Assembly: GCA_044344255.1 (NCBI GenBank)
Contig: JBIJDH010000006.1
Location: 96,001 to 160,000 of the forward strand
From: Myxococcota bacterium
GTDB taxonomy: Bacteria; Myxococcota_A; UBA796; UBA2385
DNA length: 64,000 nt
Reading direction: 5' to 3'
Part shown: positions 53,501 through 62,846 of the stretch, in pieces
How the letters are laid out: every line of letters begins with the position of its first letter
Numbering within the stretch: the first letter of the stretch is position 1
Notes under the pieces: model-generated
Database searches by the model: none
What the model saw: only the letters and a program-made list of their open reading frames with translations
Told to the model about the DNA's origin: nothing
Made by a program: the position numbers and the translations under genes

Positions 53501-54141
53501 CCTCCTTGCTCATCGGCTTCGTGATCGTGCTGCTGGTGCCGCTCTTCGTGGGCACCTGGCGCATCAGCCTGCTCGGCCTCAGCCTGCAAGGCCTGCTCCT
53601 CTACGGCGTGGCCTACCGTCTGGAGGGGGCCGACACCTCAGCACCCGGTCTGCTCACCGCCTTCGACCTCATCTTCTTAAGAGGGATCCTGGCGCCTGCG
53701 CTCCTCTATCGGGTGCTCCAGCTCCGGCGAGCGCCCGAGCGGAACGACGTGCTGCCGCCCAACCTCATCGCCTGGGCCGCCGCGATCGGCCTCGTGCTCG
53801 GGGCATTTCGCCTCGCCCTGCTGCTGGTCCCCGTGGCGGGGGATGAGCAGCTCCAGGTGGGCGCGGCCGCCGCGGCGGTGCTGCTCGGCTTCCTCGTGTT
53901 GTCCTCGCAGGGCGGGGTGTTCAGCCAGATCGTGGGCGCGCTGCGGATCGAGAACGCGATCGCCCTCTTTGAGCTCGGCACCAGCGATGGGCACGGGTCG
54001 CTCGGGCTGCGGTGCGGGCAGCTCTTCATCTTTGGGGCGTCGTTGCTCTTGTTTCGTTGGTATCTGAGCACGGTCGATCCCGCGCCTCCTGTGCACCACC
54101 CGATCGAAGAGCTGCCCGATCTCAAGGACATCCACCCATGA
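53497..54141 (+). CDS. hyfE: Ehr/hydrogenase-4 small membrane subunit (HyfE-like)
   Basis: GTGA overlap; ~7 TM; LQGLLL and QIVG..RIENAI motifs; position in the operon. Confidence 0.78.
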   Translation: MTSLLIGFVIVLLVPLFVGTWRISLLGLSLQGLLLYGVAYRLEGADTSAPGLLTAFDLIFLRGILAPALLYRVLQLRRAPERNDVLPPNLIAWAAAIGLVLGAFRLALLLVPVAGDEQLQVGAAAAAVLLGFLVLSSQGGVFSQIVGALRIENAIALFELGTSDGHGSLGLRCGQLFIFGASLLLFRWYLSTVDPAPPVHHPIEELPDLKDIHP

Positions 54142-55574
54142 GCGCCCGCCCGCTGGAGCCGGAACTGCGGCAGGTCAGCGAGACGCTGGCGCGGCAGAGC
54201 TCGCGCTTCGGGCCGGCCTTCTTGTTGTTCGCCGGGCTCTGCTCCCTCGCCTTCGCGGCCCTGATGGTCTTCGGCTCCTTCGACCCCGGCGCGCTCGGCC
54301 CCTACTTCGCGGTCGACGCCACCGCGCGGCTCTTCCTGCTGCTCATCAACACGATCTTCGTGGGCATCGTGGTCCACGAGTGGACCCGCGTCCGGGTGGA
54401 GTCCGACTCGGTCGAGGGCCTGCGTGTGCTCCTGTGGACCGCCTTCCTCGCGGCCTCCAACCTCGCGGTCCTCTCCGATCACTTCGTGGTGACCTGGATC
54501 TGCCTCGAGCTCAGCACGCTGGCCGCCGCGCCCTTGATCGTGCGGCGCGGCGCGGCCTCCTCTCGGCTGGCCTCGTGGCGGTACCTCCTCTTCTCGTCGG
54601 TGGGCCTCGGCCTGACGCTGCTCGGCTTCATCTGCCTCGCCCGCGGGCTCGTCGCCGACGGGGGCGGGCACGGCGGTCTCGAGGCGCTCTCGGTGAGCGG
54701 GCTGCTCGGCGAGGTGCCCTCCGGGGCCTCGCCCTGGCGCTCCCTCGGCGTGGCCCTGGCCATCCTCGGCTACGGCGCCAAGCTCGGCCTCGCGCCGCTC
54801 TACGTCTGGCTGCCGGAGGCCTACGACGAGGCGCCGCCGCCCGTGACCTCGCTGCTCGCCGCCCTGCAATTCAACTGCGCGCTGGTGGGCCTCATCCGGC
54901 TCCTCCAGGTCTTCCGGGCTGGGCACGAGGGCCTCGTGAGCATCGAGCTCATCGGTATGGGGCTCGCGACGGTGGCCCTCGCCGCCGCGAGCCTGATCGC
55001 CACCCGGAGCATCCGCCGACTCGTGGCCTACGCCTCCATCATGCACGGCGGGGTGATCGCGGTCGGCCTCGGGGTGGGGGCCGGCGCGGGCTACGGCGTG
55101 CTGCTCTACGCGGTGAGCAACGCCTTCATCAAGGCGATGTTGTTCCTCACCGCGGGCAAGATCGAGGCCCGGTACGGCACGAAGGACACCGCTCAGATCC
55201 GAGGCGTCATCAAGGTGCTGCCGCCGAGCGGCCTCTTCCTGATGGCGGGCACCTTCGCCCTGCTCGGCTTCCCGCCCTTCGGGAGCTTCATCGGGGAGCT
55301 GCTCATCCTCTCCGGCCTTGTGCGCGGCGGCTATCTGTTCGCCTTCGCCGCCCTCGGCTTCCTCGTCACCGTGGCCTTCGTCGCGACCGGGCGCACGGTG
55401 TTCCCAATGATCTGGGGGCAGCCGGAGGGCCACCTCGAGACCGGGAAGAATTCTGTCCTCTTCCTCGTGCCGAAGCTCGCATTCCTCCTCGTGCTGGTCG
55501 TGCTCGGCCTTCACCTCCCCGACCCCGTGAACGCGCTGTTTCACGAGGTCGCCGTCAGCCTCGGAGACGAGTGA
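54138..55574 (+). CDS. hyfF: Ehr/hydrogenase-4 antiporter-like subunit (HyfF-like)
   Basis: WICLELSTLAAAPLI, ASWRYL, GYGAKLGLAPL..WLPEAY.EAP.PV, GFPPFGSFIGE. Confidence 0.87.
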   Translation: MSARPLEPELRQVSETLARQSSRFGPAFLLFAGLCSLAFAALMVFGSFDPGALGPYFAVDATARLFLLLINTIFVGIVVHEWTRVRVESDSVEGLRVLLWTAFLAASNLAVLSDHFVVTWICLELSTLAAAPLIVRRGAASSRLASWRYLLFSSVGLGLTLLGFICLARGLVADGGGHGGLEALSVSGLLGEVPSGASPWRSLGVALAILGYGAKLGLAPLYVWLPEAYDEAPPPVTSLLAALQFNCALVGLIRLLQVFRAGHEGLVSIELIGMGLATVALAAASLIATRSIRRLVAYASIMHGGVIAVGLGVGAGAGYGVLLYAVSNAFIKAMLFLTAGKIEARYGTKDTAQIRGVIKVLPPSGLFLMAGTFALLGFPPFGSFIGELLILSGLVRGGYLFAFAALGFLVTVAFVATGRTVFPMIWGQPEGHLETGKNSVLFLVPKLAFLLVLVVLGLHLPDPVNALFHEVAVSLGDE

Positions 55575-57100
55575 TGTCCACCGGCGCTACCGCCGACCTC
55601 GGCCCTTCGGTCGGGCTGTGCTCGACTTCGGCCGGGGAGGCTGCCCTCGAGGCCCCCGGGCCCTGGCGAGCCGAGCTCCTCGAGGCCCTGGCGGGCGGGG
55701 CGCGGCTGGTGAGCCTCTTCGGCCGACGGGCCGACGAGGGCACGGCCGCGCTCACGGCGGTGCTCCAGGGCCCCTCGGGCGCGCTCCGGCTCACCCGCTG
55801 CGCGGCGTCGATCGGGGAGGGTGTCCACTCCCTCACCGAGGAGCACCCCGCCTTCCACTGCTTCGAGCGGGAGCTGCACGAGCAGCTCGGGCTGAAGGTG
55901 AAGGGCCACCCGTGGATGAAGCCCCTCCGGTTCGAGGGTGGAGGTGGACAGTCCTCGATGAACGCCTACCCTTACCACTCGGTGGAAGGGAAGGACGTAC
56001 ACGAGGTCGCCGTCGGGCCCGTCCACGCCGGGGTCATCGAGCCCGGCTCCTTTCGATTCATGTGCCACGGGGAGCGGGTGCTCCACCTCGAGATCCAGCT
56101 CGGATACCAGCACCGCGGCGTCGAGCGGCTGCTGCTCGGGCGGGACCCCCGCCGCCTGGGCCCTCTCGTCGAGACCGCGGCCGGGGACACGAGCGTCGCC
56201 CACGCCTGGGCCTATTGCGCCGCCCTCGAGGCGCTCGCAGAAGGGAGCGCCGCCGGCGGGGTGATCGACGGCGTGGTCGACGGCGCGGTCGAGCGAGGGC
56301 GGGCGCTGCTGCTCGAGCTCGAGCGAGTGGCGATGCACCTCGCCACGCTCAGCGGGCTCGCCGCCGACATCGGCTTCCTGCAGGGGGCGACGGCCTACGG
56401 GAGGCTGCGCACGACGGTCATCAACACCACGATGCGCCTCACCGGCAGCCGTTTCGGGCGCGGCGGGCTGCGGCCGGGGGCCTCGGCCTTTGGTTTTGAC
56501 GCCGCCGCGCTGCGCGACCTCGAGGCGGCCTTCGGGCCCCTCACGGACGATCTCGCCGTGGTCCACGATCGGCTGCTCTCCGATGTCACCGTTCAGCACC
56601 GGCTCGTCGACGTGGGGGTGGTGTCCCCGGCCCTGGCGGCGCAGATCGGCCTCGTCGGCGTCGCCGCGCGGGCCTCTGGCCAGCGGATCGACCAGCGGAG
56701 CCACGACGCGGGCCTCTACGCGGCGCTCCCCCTCCGGCCCCAAGTGGAGTCCTCCGGGGACTGCCTCGCCCGGACGCGAGTGCGGGTGCGCGAGATCCAC
56801 GCCTCCCTCGACTGGATCCGGCGGCTGCTCGCCGAAGGCCTGGAGCTCCAGCGCGGGCGGGTCGAGCTCGGCCCCCTGCGACCGAACGCGCTCGTGGTGA
56901 CGGTGGTGGAGGGGCTGCGCGGCGAGGTGGTCCACGCCCTCGAGACCGACGCCCGGGGCGCCCTCCTCCAGTACAAGGTGCAGGACCCCTCCCTCCGCAA
57001 TTGGCTCGGCCTCGCCCTCGCGGTGCGGGGGGGTACGATCTCGGACTTTCCCATCTGTAACAAGAGCTTTGACCTCTCTTACTGCGGGCATGACCTGTGA
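55574..57100 (+). CDS. Ehr large subunit (NuoC/D, HyfG-like) lacking NiFe-binding cysteines
   Basis: FERELHEQ.G...GHPW.KP; VAVGPVHAGVIEPG.FRF...LGYQHRGVE; VETAAGDTSVAH where L1 CxxC would be; DFPICNKSFDLSYCGHDL where L2 DPCxxC would be. Confidence 0.88.
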   Translation: MSTGATADLGPSVGLCSTSAGEAALEAPGPWRAELLEALAGGARLVSLFGRRADEGTAALTAVLQGPSGALRLTRCAASIGEGVHSLTEEHPAFHCFERELHEQLGLKVKGHPWMKPLRFEGGGGQSSMNAYPYHSVEGKDVHEVAVGPVHAGVIEPGSFRFMCHGERVLHLEIQLGYQHRGVERLLLGRDPRRLGPLVETAAGDTSVAHAWAYCAALEALAEGSAAGGVIDGVVDGAVERGRALLLELERVAMHLATLSGLAADIGFLQGATAYGRLRTTVINTTMRLTGSRFGRGGLRPGASAFGFDAAALRDLEAAFGPLTDDLAVVHDRLLSDVTVQHRLVDVGVVSPALAAQIGLVGVAARASGQRIDQRSHDAGLYAALPLRPQVESSGDCLARTRVRVREIHASLDWIRRLLAEGLELQRGRVELGPLRPNALVVTVVEGLRGEVVHALETDARGALLQYKVQDPSLRNWLGLALAVRGGTISDFPICNKSFDLSYCGHDL

Positions 57101-57849
57101 TGTGGCTCTCCGCGCTCCGCGTCCGGCTGCGGCAGGGCCAGCCGACCATCCGCGACCTGCGGGCCGCGACGCCCGTCGGCGCCCGGGGGCGCCCCTCGAT
57201 CTCCGCCGCCCCCTGCGTCGAGGGCTGCACGACCTGCCGGGATGAGTGCCCCACGGAGGCCATCTCCCTCTCGCCCGTCCGCCTCGACCTCGGGCGCTGC
57301 ATCTTCTGCGGCGCCTGTGAGGAGCGCTGCCCGGCGGAGAAGATCCGCTTCAGCAGCGAGCCTCGAATGTCGGCCCGCGCCCTCCCAGACCTCGTCGTCG
57401 AAGAAGGCCCGGGCCCCGGGCCGCGGGTGGCGGCGGACCCCGATCTCTCGCGGCGTTACGGCCGCTCGCTCAAGCTGCGGCAGGTCTCGGCGGGGGGATG
57501 TAACGCCTGTGAGCTCGAGCTCAACGCCCTCGCCAACGTCAACTTCGACGTCCAGCGCTACGGCATCGAGTGGGTGGCCTCCCCTCGCCACGCCGACGGC
57601 CTCGTGCTGACTGGGCCGCTCACCGCCAACATGCGGGACGCGGTGCGCCTCACCTGGGACGCGATGCCCGACCCTCGCTTCGTCATCGCGGTCGGGGCGT
57701 GCACCCTCACCGGGGGCCTCTACCGGGGCTCCGGGGCCCTCGAACGGGGGTTCCTTGGCGAGGTGGGGCCGGTGGTCTACGTCCCGGGCTGCCCGCCCCA
57801 CCCGCTCACCATCGTCCACGCGATCATGGACCTGCTCGACATCCGCTGA
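57097..57849 (+). CDS. Ehr small subunit: 2x[4Fe-4S] ferredoxin fused to a NuoB/HyfI-like domain
   Basis: CVEGCTTCRDECP and CIFCGACEERCP; GGCNACELE, SPRHAD, GAC, PGCPP. Confidence 0.88.
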   Translation: MMWLSALRVRLRQGQPTIRDLRAATPVGARGRPSISAAPCVEGCTTCRDECPTEAISLSPVRLDLGRCIFCGACEERCPAEKIRFSSEPRMSARALPDLVVEEGPGPGPRVAADPDLSRRYGRSLKLRQVSAGGCNACELELNALANVNFDVQRYGIEWVASPRHADGLVLTGPLTANMRDAVRLTWDAMPDPRFVIAVGACTLTGGLYRGSGALERGFLGEVGPVVYVPGCPPHPLTIVHAIMDLLDIR

Positions 57850-57873
57850 GCGCCGAGCCGGCCACGGACACGC

Positions 57874-58653
57874 TCAGGCCGCGGGCGGGGCGGAGACGAG
57901 GGCGAAGTGGCCGCCCTGGGGGTCAATCCCGTTGAGGATGTGACCGCCGCCGGGGATCTCCTGGGGTCCGTGGATGACCTGCCCACCGGCCTCTTGGATG
58001 GTGGCGACCGCGGCGTGCACGCTCGGGACGTTGATGTAGCAGGACCAGGCGGAGACGGGCATCTCCTTCGGGCGCCGCATCATGCCGCCGAGGCTCGGGA
58101 GCTGGCCAAAGCCGAACATCCGATAGGTGCCGTGCTCGCCCATCTCCATCTCGCCGGTGTTGTCCCAGCCGAAGAGGGCGGCGTAGAAGGCGAAGCCGGC
58201 CTCGAGGTCAGCGGTCATCAGCTCGTGCCAGCCGATCCCGCCGAGGGTGGTGCTGCCGGAGGCGGCGCCGGCCATCTCGCTGCCGGGGACGGGCGTGAAG
58301 GCGGCGAACACCGCGCCCTGGGGGTCGCTCAGGACGGCGAAGCGCCCGATGGTGGGGATGTCGGTGGGGGCGAGGTGCACCTGGGCGCCGAGGGCCTCGG
58401 CCTGCTGCACGGTGGCGTCGACGTCGGGCGTGCCGATGTACGCGAGCCAGTGGGGCGGCACGTGGACGCCGGGGGGGAGCATCATCGAGCCGCCGACGGG
58501 GCCGTTCGGGGTGGTCCACATCATGTACTCGCCCATGTCGGACGTGTAGGCGGACAGCGTCCAGCCGACGACCTTGGTGTAGAAGGCCTGGGCGGCCGCG
58601 GTGTCGTTGGTGTTGAGGTCGTACCAAAAGAAGCGACCGGAGACTTCAGACAT
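57874..58653 (-). CDS. Two-domain VOC family protein (CFP32-like)
   Basis: GRFFWYDL.T.D..AAQAFY..V.GW and GWHELMT.D....AFY..LFGW; two DPQG motifs. Confidence 0.9.
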   Translation of the reverse strand: MSEVSGRFFWYDLNTNDTAAAQAFYTKVVGWTLSAYTSDMGEYMMWTTPNGPVGGSMMLPPGVHVPPHWLAYIGTPDVDATVQQAEALGAQVHLAPTDIPTIGRFAVLSDPQGAVFAAFTPVPGSEMAGAASGSTTLGGIGWHELMTADLEAGFAFYAALFGWDNTGEMEMGEHGTYRMFGFGQLPSLGGMMRRPKEMPVSAWSCYINVPSVHAAVATIQEAGGQVIHGPQEIPGGGHILNGIDPQGGHFALVSAPPAA

Positions 58654-58825
58654 GGTGGGGCTCCATTTTGAGGGCGAGCGCGGGGGACACTGAACGGGTT
58701 GCGGCGCTCAGGCCGCGCAAACTGGTATCCAGGCACCGCCAGGTTGTCGAAGAAAGAACCCGTACAAGGGTATGATGGTGCCAGATCGCGTGATCCATGT
58801 GTCGGGATCGGGCTGATCGGAGAGC

Positions 58826-58840
58826 GGTCATAAAATGACC
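58826..58840. promoter_or_regulatory. Palindromic operator-like site in the divergent intergenic region
   Basis: GGTCAT-AAA-ATGACC perfect 6-3-6 palindrome. Confidence 0.45.
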
Positions 58841-58945
58841 TGGATTGTCGCCCTCTGCAGGCGCCCCGGTCGACCGCCTTGCCCCGTCCCTTGCGGATCC
58901 CGCTTCCCGCGCCTACAACAGGGGCAGGACGTCCAGGGAGGCCCG

Positions 58946-59512
58946 ATGCGCACCCGAGTTTTGTTGTGTCTGCTCCTCGCCGCTTGCGGTAAGGACACCG
59001 AAGACGCGGACGCGGACGGAGCGGGCGGCGATGAGGCCGACGCCGACAGCGACGCGGACTCGGACTCGGACGCCGACAGTGACGCCGACAGTGACGCCGA
59101 CAGCGACGCGGATTCGGACGCCGACAGCGACGCGGACGCCGACGGCGATCTGAGCTGCCTCGACTGGAGCGCGCTCGTCGTCGATGAGTCCGGCACCACC
59201 GGGCCCTTCACCTCGAGCGCCTCGCTGGTCGCGACCGGCGCCGTGGCGAACCACTGTGAGGCGCTCGTCTCCTTCGAGACGCCGTCTACCTGCCTCTTCA
59301 GCAGCTTGAGCTACGCGGACGCCGACAGCGGCGAGGTCGTGGACATGGGCTGGCCCTGCGGTGACGCGGTGACCACTTGGACCATCGCCCCCGGCTATCC
59401 GACCGAGTCGAGCCAGCCGCTCGGCGCGGTGGGCCCAGGCCACTTCACGATCACCATCCCCTTCGACGATGTCGAACACCACATCGCCAGCGCCACCTTC
59501 GTGGTGGAGTAG
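58946..59512 (+). CDS. Lipoprotein with (DADS)n linker and Ig-like (BsuPI-like) domain
   Basis: MRTRVLLCLLLAAC lipobox after GGAGG; VANHC...FET...C...C.DAVTTWTIAPG. Confidence 0.7.
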   Translation: MRTRVLLCLLLAACGKDTEDADADGAGGDEADADSDADSDSDADSDADSDADSDADSDADSDADADGDLSCLDWSALVVDESGTTGPFTSSASLVATGAVANHCEALVSFETPSTCLFSSLSYADADSGEVVDMGWPCGDAVTTWTIAPGYPTESSQPLGAVGPGHFTITIPFDDVEHHIASATFVVE

Positions 59513-59520
59513 GAGCGATC

Positions 59521-60261
59521 ATGAGCCCTCTGCGAACCTCACGCTTGAACCGCGGCCCCTCCACGCCGGCGCTCCGCTTCGCCCTCGCGTTGTCTCTGCC
59601 CCTCGCGCTGCACGCCGGCTGCGGACGGTCGAGCGAAGACAAGACCCCCGACGACCAGGACGTCGGCGGCGGCGGGGACGACGGCGGTGACGAGGGGGCT
59701 GACCCCAGCGGCGACACCGGCGGCAGCGATGGTGGGAGCGACGGCGGGACGGACGGTGGCACCGACGGCGGCACCGACGGGGGCAGCACCGGCGGCGGAG
59801 ACGGCGAGCCCGACGCCGACACCGACGTCGACGCGGACACCGACACCGACACCGACCCGGCCACCGTGGTGATCGACGTGACGGGCATGGACTGCCTCGA
59901 CAACCTCGAGTTTATTGCGCAGATCTATGACTTCGACGGTGTTCGTTGCGATCCGCTGTGCGCGCCGGGAGACCTCCAGCTCACCGCCGTCGTGGCCAAC
60001 CCCTGTGACTACGACCAGGAGCTGAGCACCCACGCCGACGTGCTCATCAGCTCGATGTCCTTGTCATTCCTCAGCACCGGCGAGGGGATGGGCATGAGCG
60101 TCGGCAGCAGCGGTGGCCCGACGGACTGGCTGATCGAGGCGGGCACGGGCCTCGCGGAGCCCACGTACTTTGGGTACCTCGAAGGGGGCGAATACCAGCT
60201 CGACATCGGCTTCGACGACGTCGATCGACACAGCGCCACGCTGCTGTTCACGGTCGAGTGA
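59521..60261 (+). CDS. Paralogous lipoprotein with Gly/Asp linker and the same C-terminal Ig-like domain
   Basis: LHAGC lipobox; DGGT and DTDT repeats; VANPC...FDDVDRHSATLLFTVE aligns with FDDVEHHIASATFVVE of the upstream gene. Confidence 0.7.
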   Translation: MSPLRTSRLNRGPSTPALRFALALSLPLALHAGCGRSSEDKTPDDQDVGGGGDDGGDEGADPSGDTGGSDGGSDGGTDGGTDGGTDGGSTGGGDGEPDADTDVDADTDTDTDPATVVIDVTGMDCLDNLEFIAQIYDFDGVRCDPLCAPGDLQLTAVVANPCDYDQELSTHADVLISSMSLSFLSTGEGMGMSVGSSGGPTDWLIEAGTGLAEPTYFGYLEGGEYQLDIGFDDVDRHSATLLFTVE

Positions 60262-60267
60262 GCGGCC

Positions 60268-60308
60268 GGGGTCCGCCCCGCGGCCTTCGGGGTCGCGTGG
60301 GTGGGCCC
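60268..60308 (+). terminator. GC-rich stem-loop after the lipoprotein pair (terminator or mRNA stabiliser; no U-tract)
   Basis: GGGTCCGCCCCGCGGCC-TTCGG-GGTCGCGTGGGTGGGCCC pairs with several G-U wobbles on the + strand. Confidence 0.4.
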
Positions 60309-60351
60309 GCGCGAGTCGGATAGGCGGGAGCCCCTGTCCCCGAGGTCTCCC

Positions 60352-61587
60352 ATGCGTGGGTCGCGTGTGTTCGGCGCCGCCGCGCTGTTGGTCGGCATCG
60401 CCGCGGGCGCCTATTGGTACCTCCGTCCGGCCCCGAGCGAGGTCTCGCTCCGGCTGGAGGCGCTCGAAGCCGCCGATGTGGTCGCCACCGTCACCGCCAC
60501 CGGCACCCTCGGGGCGGTGACGACGGTGGAGGTGGGCACCCAGGTGTCGGGGGCCATCAGCGAGCTGCTGGTCGACTTCAATGACCAGGTGGAGGTGGGG
60601 CAGCTCCTCGCCCGCCTCGACACGTCGCTGCTCCAGTCCGACGTCGCCTCGGCGCGCGCGGCCTGGCAGGTGGCGTCGGCGGAGCGCGACCAGGCCGCCC
60701 TCGCCCTCGTGCGCGCCCGCGCCCTGTTCGGGGGCGGAAACCTCGCGGAGGAGGAGCTCGAGGTGGCGCGGATGGACGACGCCGTGGCCGACGCCCGGCT
60801 GCGCTCGGCCAACGTCTCGCTCGAGCGGTCCACCCGGAACCTCTCCTTCGCCACCATCCGCTCGCCGATCGCCGGCACCGTGCTGCGACGCGACGTGGAG
60901 GTCGGTCAGACTGTCAACGCGGGGATGTCGGCCCCCACGCTCTTCTTGCTCGCCGGCGACCTCTCTCGCCTCCAGATCATGGCGTCGGTCGATGAGGCCG
61001 ACGTGGGGCGGGTGTCCGCGGAGTCCGGGGTGGAGTTCACCGTCGCGGCCTACGGGGAGGCGAAGTTTACGGGCGCCGTGCGGCAGGTGCGCCTGCAGTC
61101 CGTCGTGGCCGAGAACATCGTGACCTACCCCGTGGTCATCGACGTCGAGAACGCCGACGGGAGGCTCCGCCCCGGCATGACCGCCACCGTGAGCTTCATC
61201 GTCGAGCACGCCGAGGGGGCCCTCTGCGCGCCGAACGCGGCCTTACGTTTCACCCCCGAGCCTGCGCAGATCGGGGCGGCTCCGGTCAGCGAGGGTGGGG
61301 CTGAGGCCAAGGCCGAGAAGGGCGGCAAGGGCGGGCGCGGAGGGCGGGGCGGCCGGCGCGCGGCCTCGAAGGCGCGGACGCTCTGGACCCCGCAGGAGGA
61401 CGGGCTCCTGCGCGGCCTCACCGTCAAGACCGGCATCACGAACGGCGCCTGCACGGTGGTGGAGGGGGAGGGGGTGACCGAGGGCATGACCATCGTCACG
61501 GGGCTCGAGCGCGCGGCCGAGGCGGGTAAGTCGGGGAGCCCCCTCGCCGGAGGGTCGGCCCAGCCGCGCCGCCCGGGCGGGATCTGA
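60352..61587 (+). CDS. MacA-like efflux membrane fusion protein
   Basis: N-terminal TM; VTATGTL...VEVGTQVSG.I..L.VDFND.V..GQLLA; IRSPIAG.V; VDEADVG; LRPGMTA. Confidence 0.92.
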   Translation: MRGSRVFGAAALLVGIAAGAYWYLRPAPSEVSLRLEALEAADVVATVTATGTLGAVTTVEVGTQVSGAISELLVDFNDQVEVGQLLARLDTSLLQSDVASARAAWQVASAERDQAALALVRARALFGGGNLAEEELEVARMDDAVADARLRSANVSLERSTRNLSFATIRSPIAGTVLRRDVEVGQTVNAGMSAPTLFLLAGDLSRLQIMASVDEADVGRVSAESGVEFTVAAYGEAKFTGAVRQVRLQSVVAENIVTYPVVIDVENADGRLRPGMTATVSFIVEHAEGALCAPNAALRFTPEPAQIGAAPVSEGGAEAKAEKGGKGGRGGRGGRRAASKARTLWTPQEDGLLRGLTVKTGITNGACTVVEGEGVTEGMTIVTGLERAAEAGKSGSPLAGGSAQPRRPGGI

Positions 61588-62805
61588 GTGTCCGTCTTCG
61601 CGCTCATCGGCCTCGCGCTCCAGAGCCTCCGCTCGCACGTCGGGCGGGCGCTCCTCACGATGCTCGGCGTGGTCATCGGTGTCGCCTCGGTGGTGGTGAT
61701 GGTGGCGATCGGCGAGGGGGCGCAGGCCGAGATCGCCGCTCGGATCCAGGGTTTGGGCGCGAACCTTGTCGTCGTCACCCCCGGCTCGGGCACGCCGGGG
61801 GGCGTGAGCGGCGGCGCCGCCTCGATGGACAGCCTCACCCTCGAAGACGCCGCCTTGCTGGCGAGGGAGTCGCAGCTCCTGGCGGTGGTCTCGCCGGTCA
61901 TCTTCTCGCGCGGCAACGCGGTCGCCGGCCGTAACAATTGGCGCACGGTGCTCTACGGCGTGGACGTCTCCTACGCGGAGATCCGCGCCTGGACAGTGGA
62001 GACAGGGCGCTTCCTCGAAGAGGACGATGTGCGCGCCAGCCGGAAGGTCTGCCTGCTCGGGGCCTCTGTCGCCGCCGCGCTCTTCCCCGGGGAGGACGCC
62101 GCCGGCCAGCGCATCCGCCTGCGCGGGGTCCCGCTGCAGGTGGTGGGGACCCTCCAGAAGAAGGGGCAGACCGCCGATGGTAACGATCAGGACGACGTGA
62201 TCATCGCCCCCTACACCACCGTGCGCAGCCGCCTCGCCGGGCGTCAGTTCATCGGGCAGATCCTCGGCAGCGCCTGGAGTGAGGCCGACCTCGTCGGCGC
62301 GCAGGCCGAGGTCAAGCAGATCCTCCGAGAGTCGCACCGCCTCTCTGCCGCGGAGCCCGATGACTTCGAGGTCCGCGACCAGGCCGCCCTCGCCGCCGCC
62401 GCGAGCTCGACCACCGAGGTGATGACCACCTTGTTGCTCGCGATCGCCAGCGTCTCGCTGCTCGTGGGCGGCATCGGCATCATGAACATCATGCTCGTGA
62501 GCGTCACCGAGCGGACCCGCGAGATCGGCATCCGCCGCGCCTTCGGGGCCAGCCAGCGCGACGTCTTGGGGCAGTTCCTCGTCGAGAGCATCGTGCTCTC
62601 CGGCCTCGGCGGCGTCGTCGGGGCCGCCTTCGGTGTAGGGGCGACCGCGGTGGTGGCCGGGGTGACCGGCTGGTCCACCGTCGTCACCCCGGGCACCCTC
62701 GGCGTGGCGATGGCCTTCTCGATCGGCGTGGGCGTCTTCTTCGGTTGGGTGCCGGCGCGTCGTGCCGCCGCCCTCGACATCGTAGACGCCCTCCGCACCG
62801 CCTGA
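61588..62805 (+). CDS. MacB/FtsX-like ABC permease (no fused ATPase)
   Basis: RALLTMLGVVIGVASVV; SLLVGGIGIMNIMLVSVTERTREIGIR; PARRAA.LD..DALR. Confidence 0.92.
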   Translation: MSVFALIGLALQSLRSHVGRALLTMLGVVIGVASVVVMVAIGEGAQAEIAARIQGLGANLVVVTPGSGTPGGVSGGAASMDSLTLEDAALLARESQLLAVVSPVIFSRGNAVAGRNNWRTVLYGVDVSYAEIRAWTVETGRFLEEDDVRASRKVCLLGASVAAALFPGEDAAGQRIRLRGVPLQVVGTLQKKGQTADGNDQDDVIIAPYTTVRSRLAGRQFIGQILGSAWSEADLVGAQAEVKQILRESHRLSAAEPDDFEVRDQAALAAAASSTTEVMTTLLLAIASVSLLVGGIGIMNIMLVSVTERTREIGIRRAFGASQRDVLGQFLVESIVLSGLGGVVGAAFGVGATAVVAGVTGWSTVVTPGTLGVAMAFSIGVGVFFGWVPARRAAALDIVDALRTA

Positions 62806-62846
62806 GCCCGACGCGAACCGGCGCCTGCCTTGGGCCCGGACCGGTC

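Noticed and set aside
55574..57100. Functional [NiFe]-hydrogenase or formate hydrogenlyase
   Set aside because: Both Ni-binding CxxC motifs are absent; no maturation genes in the window.
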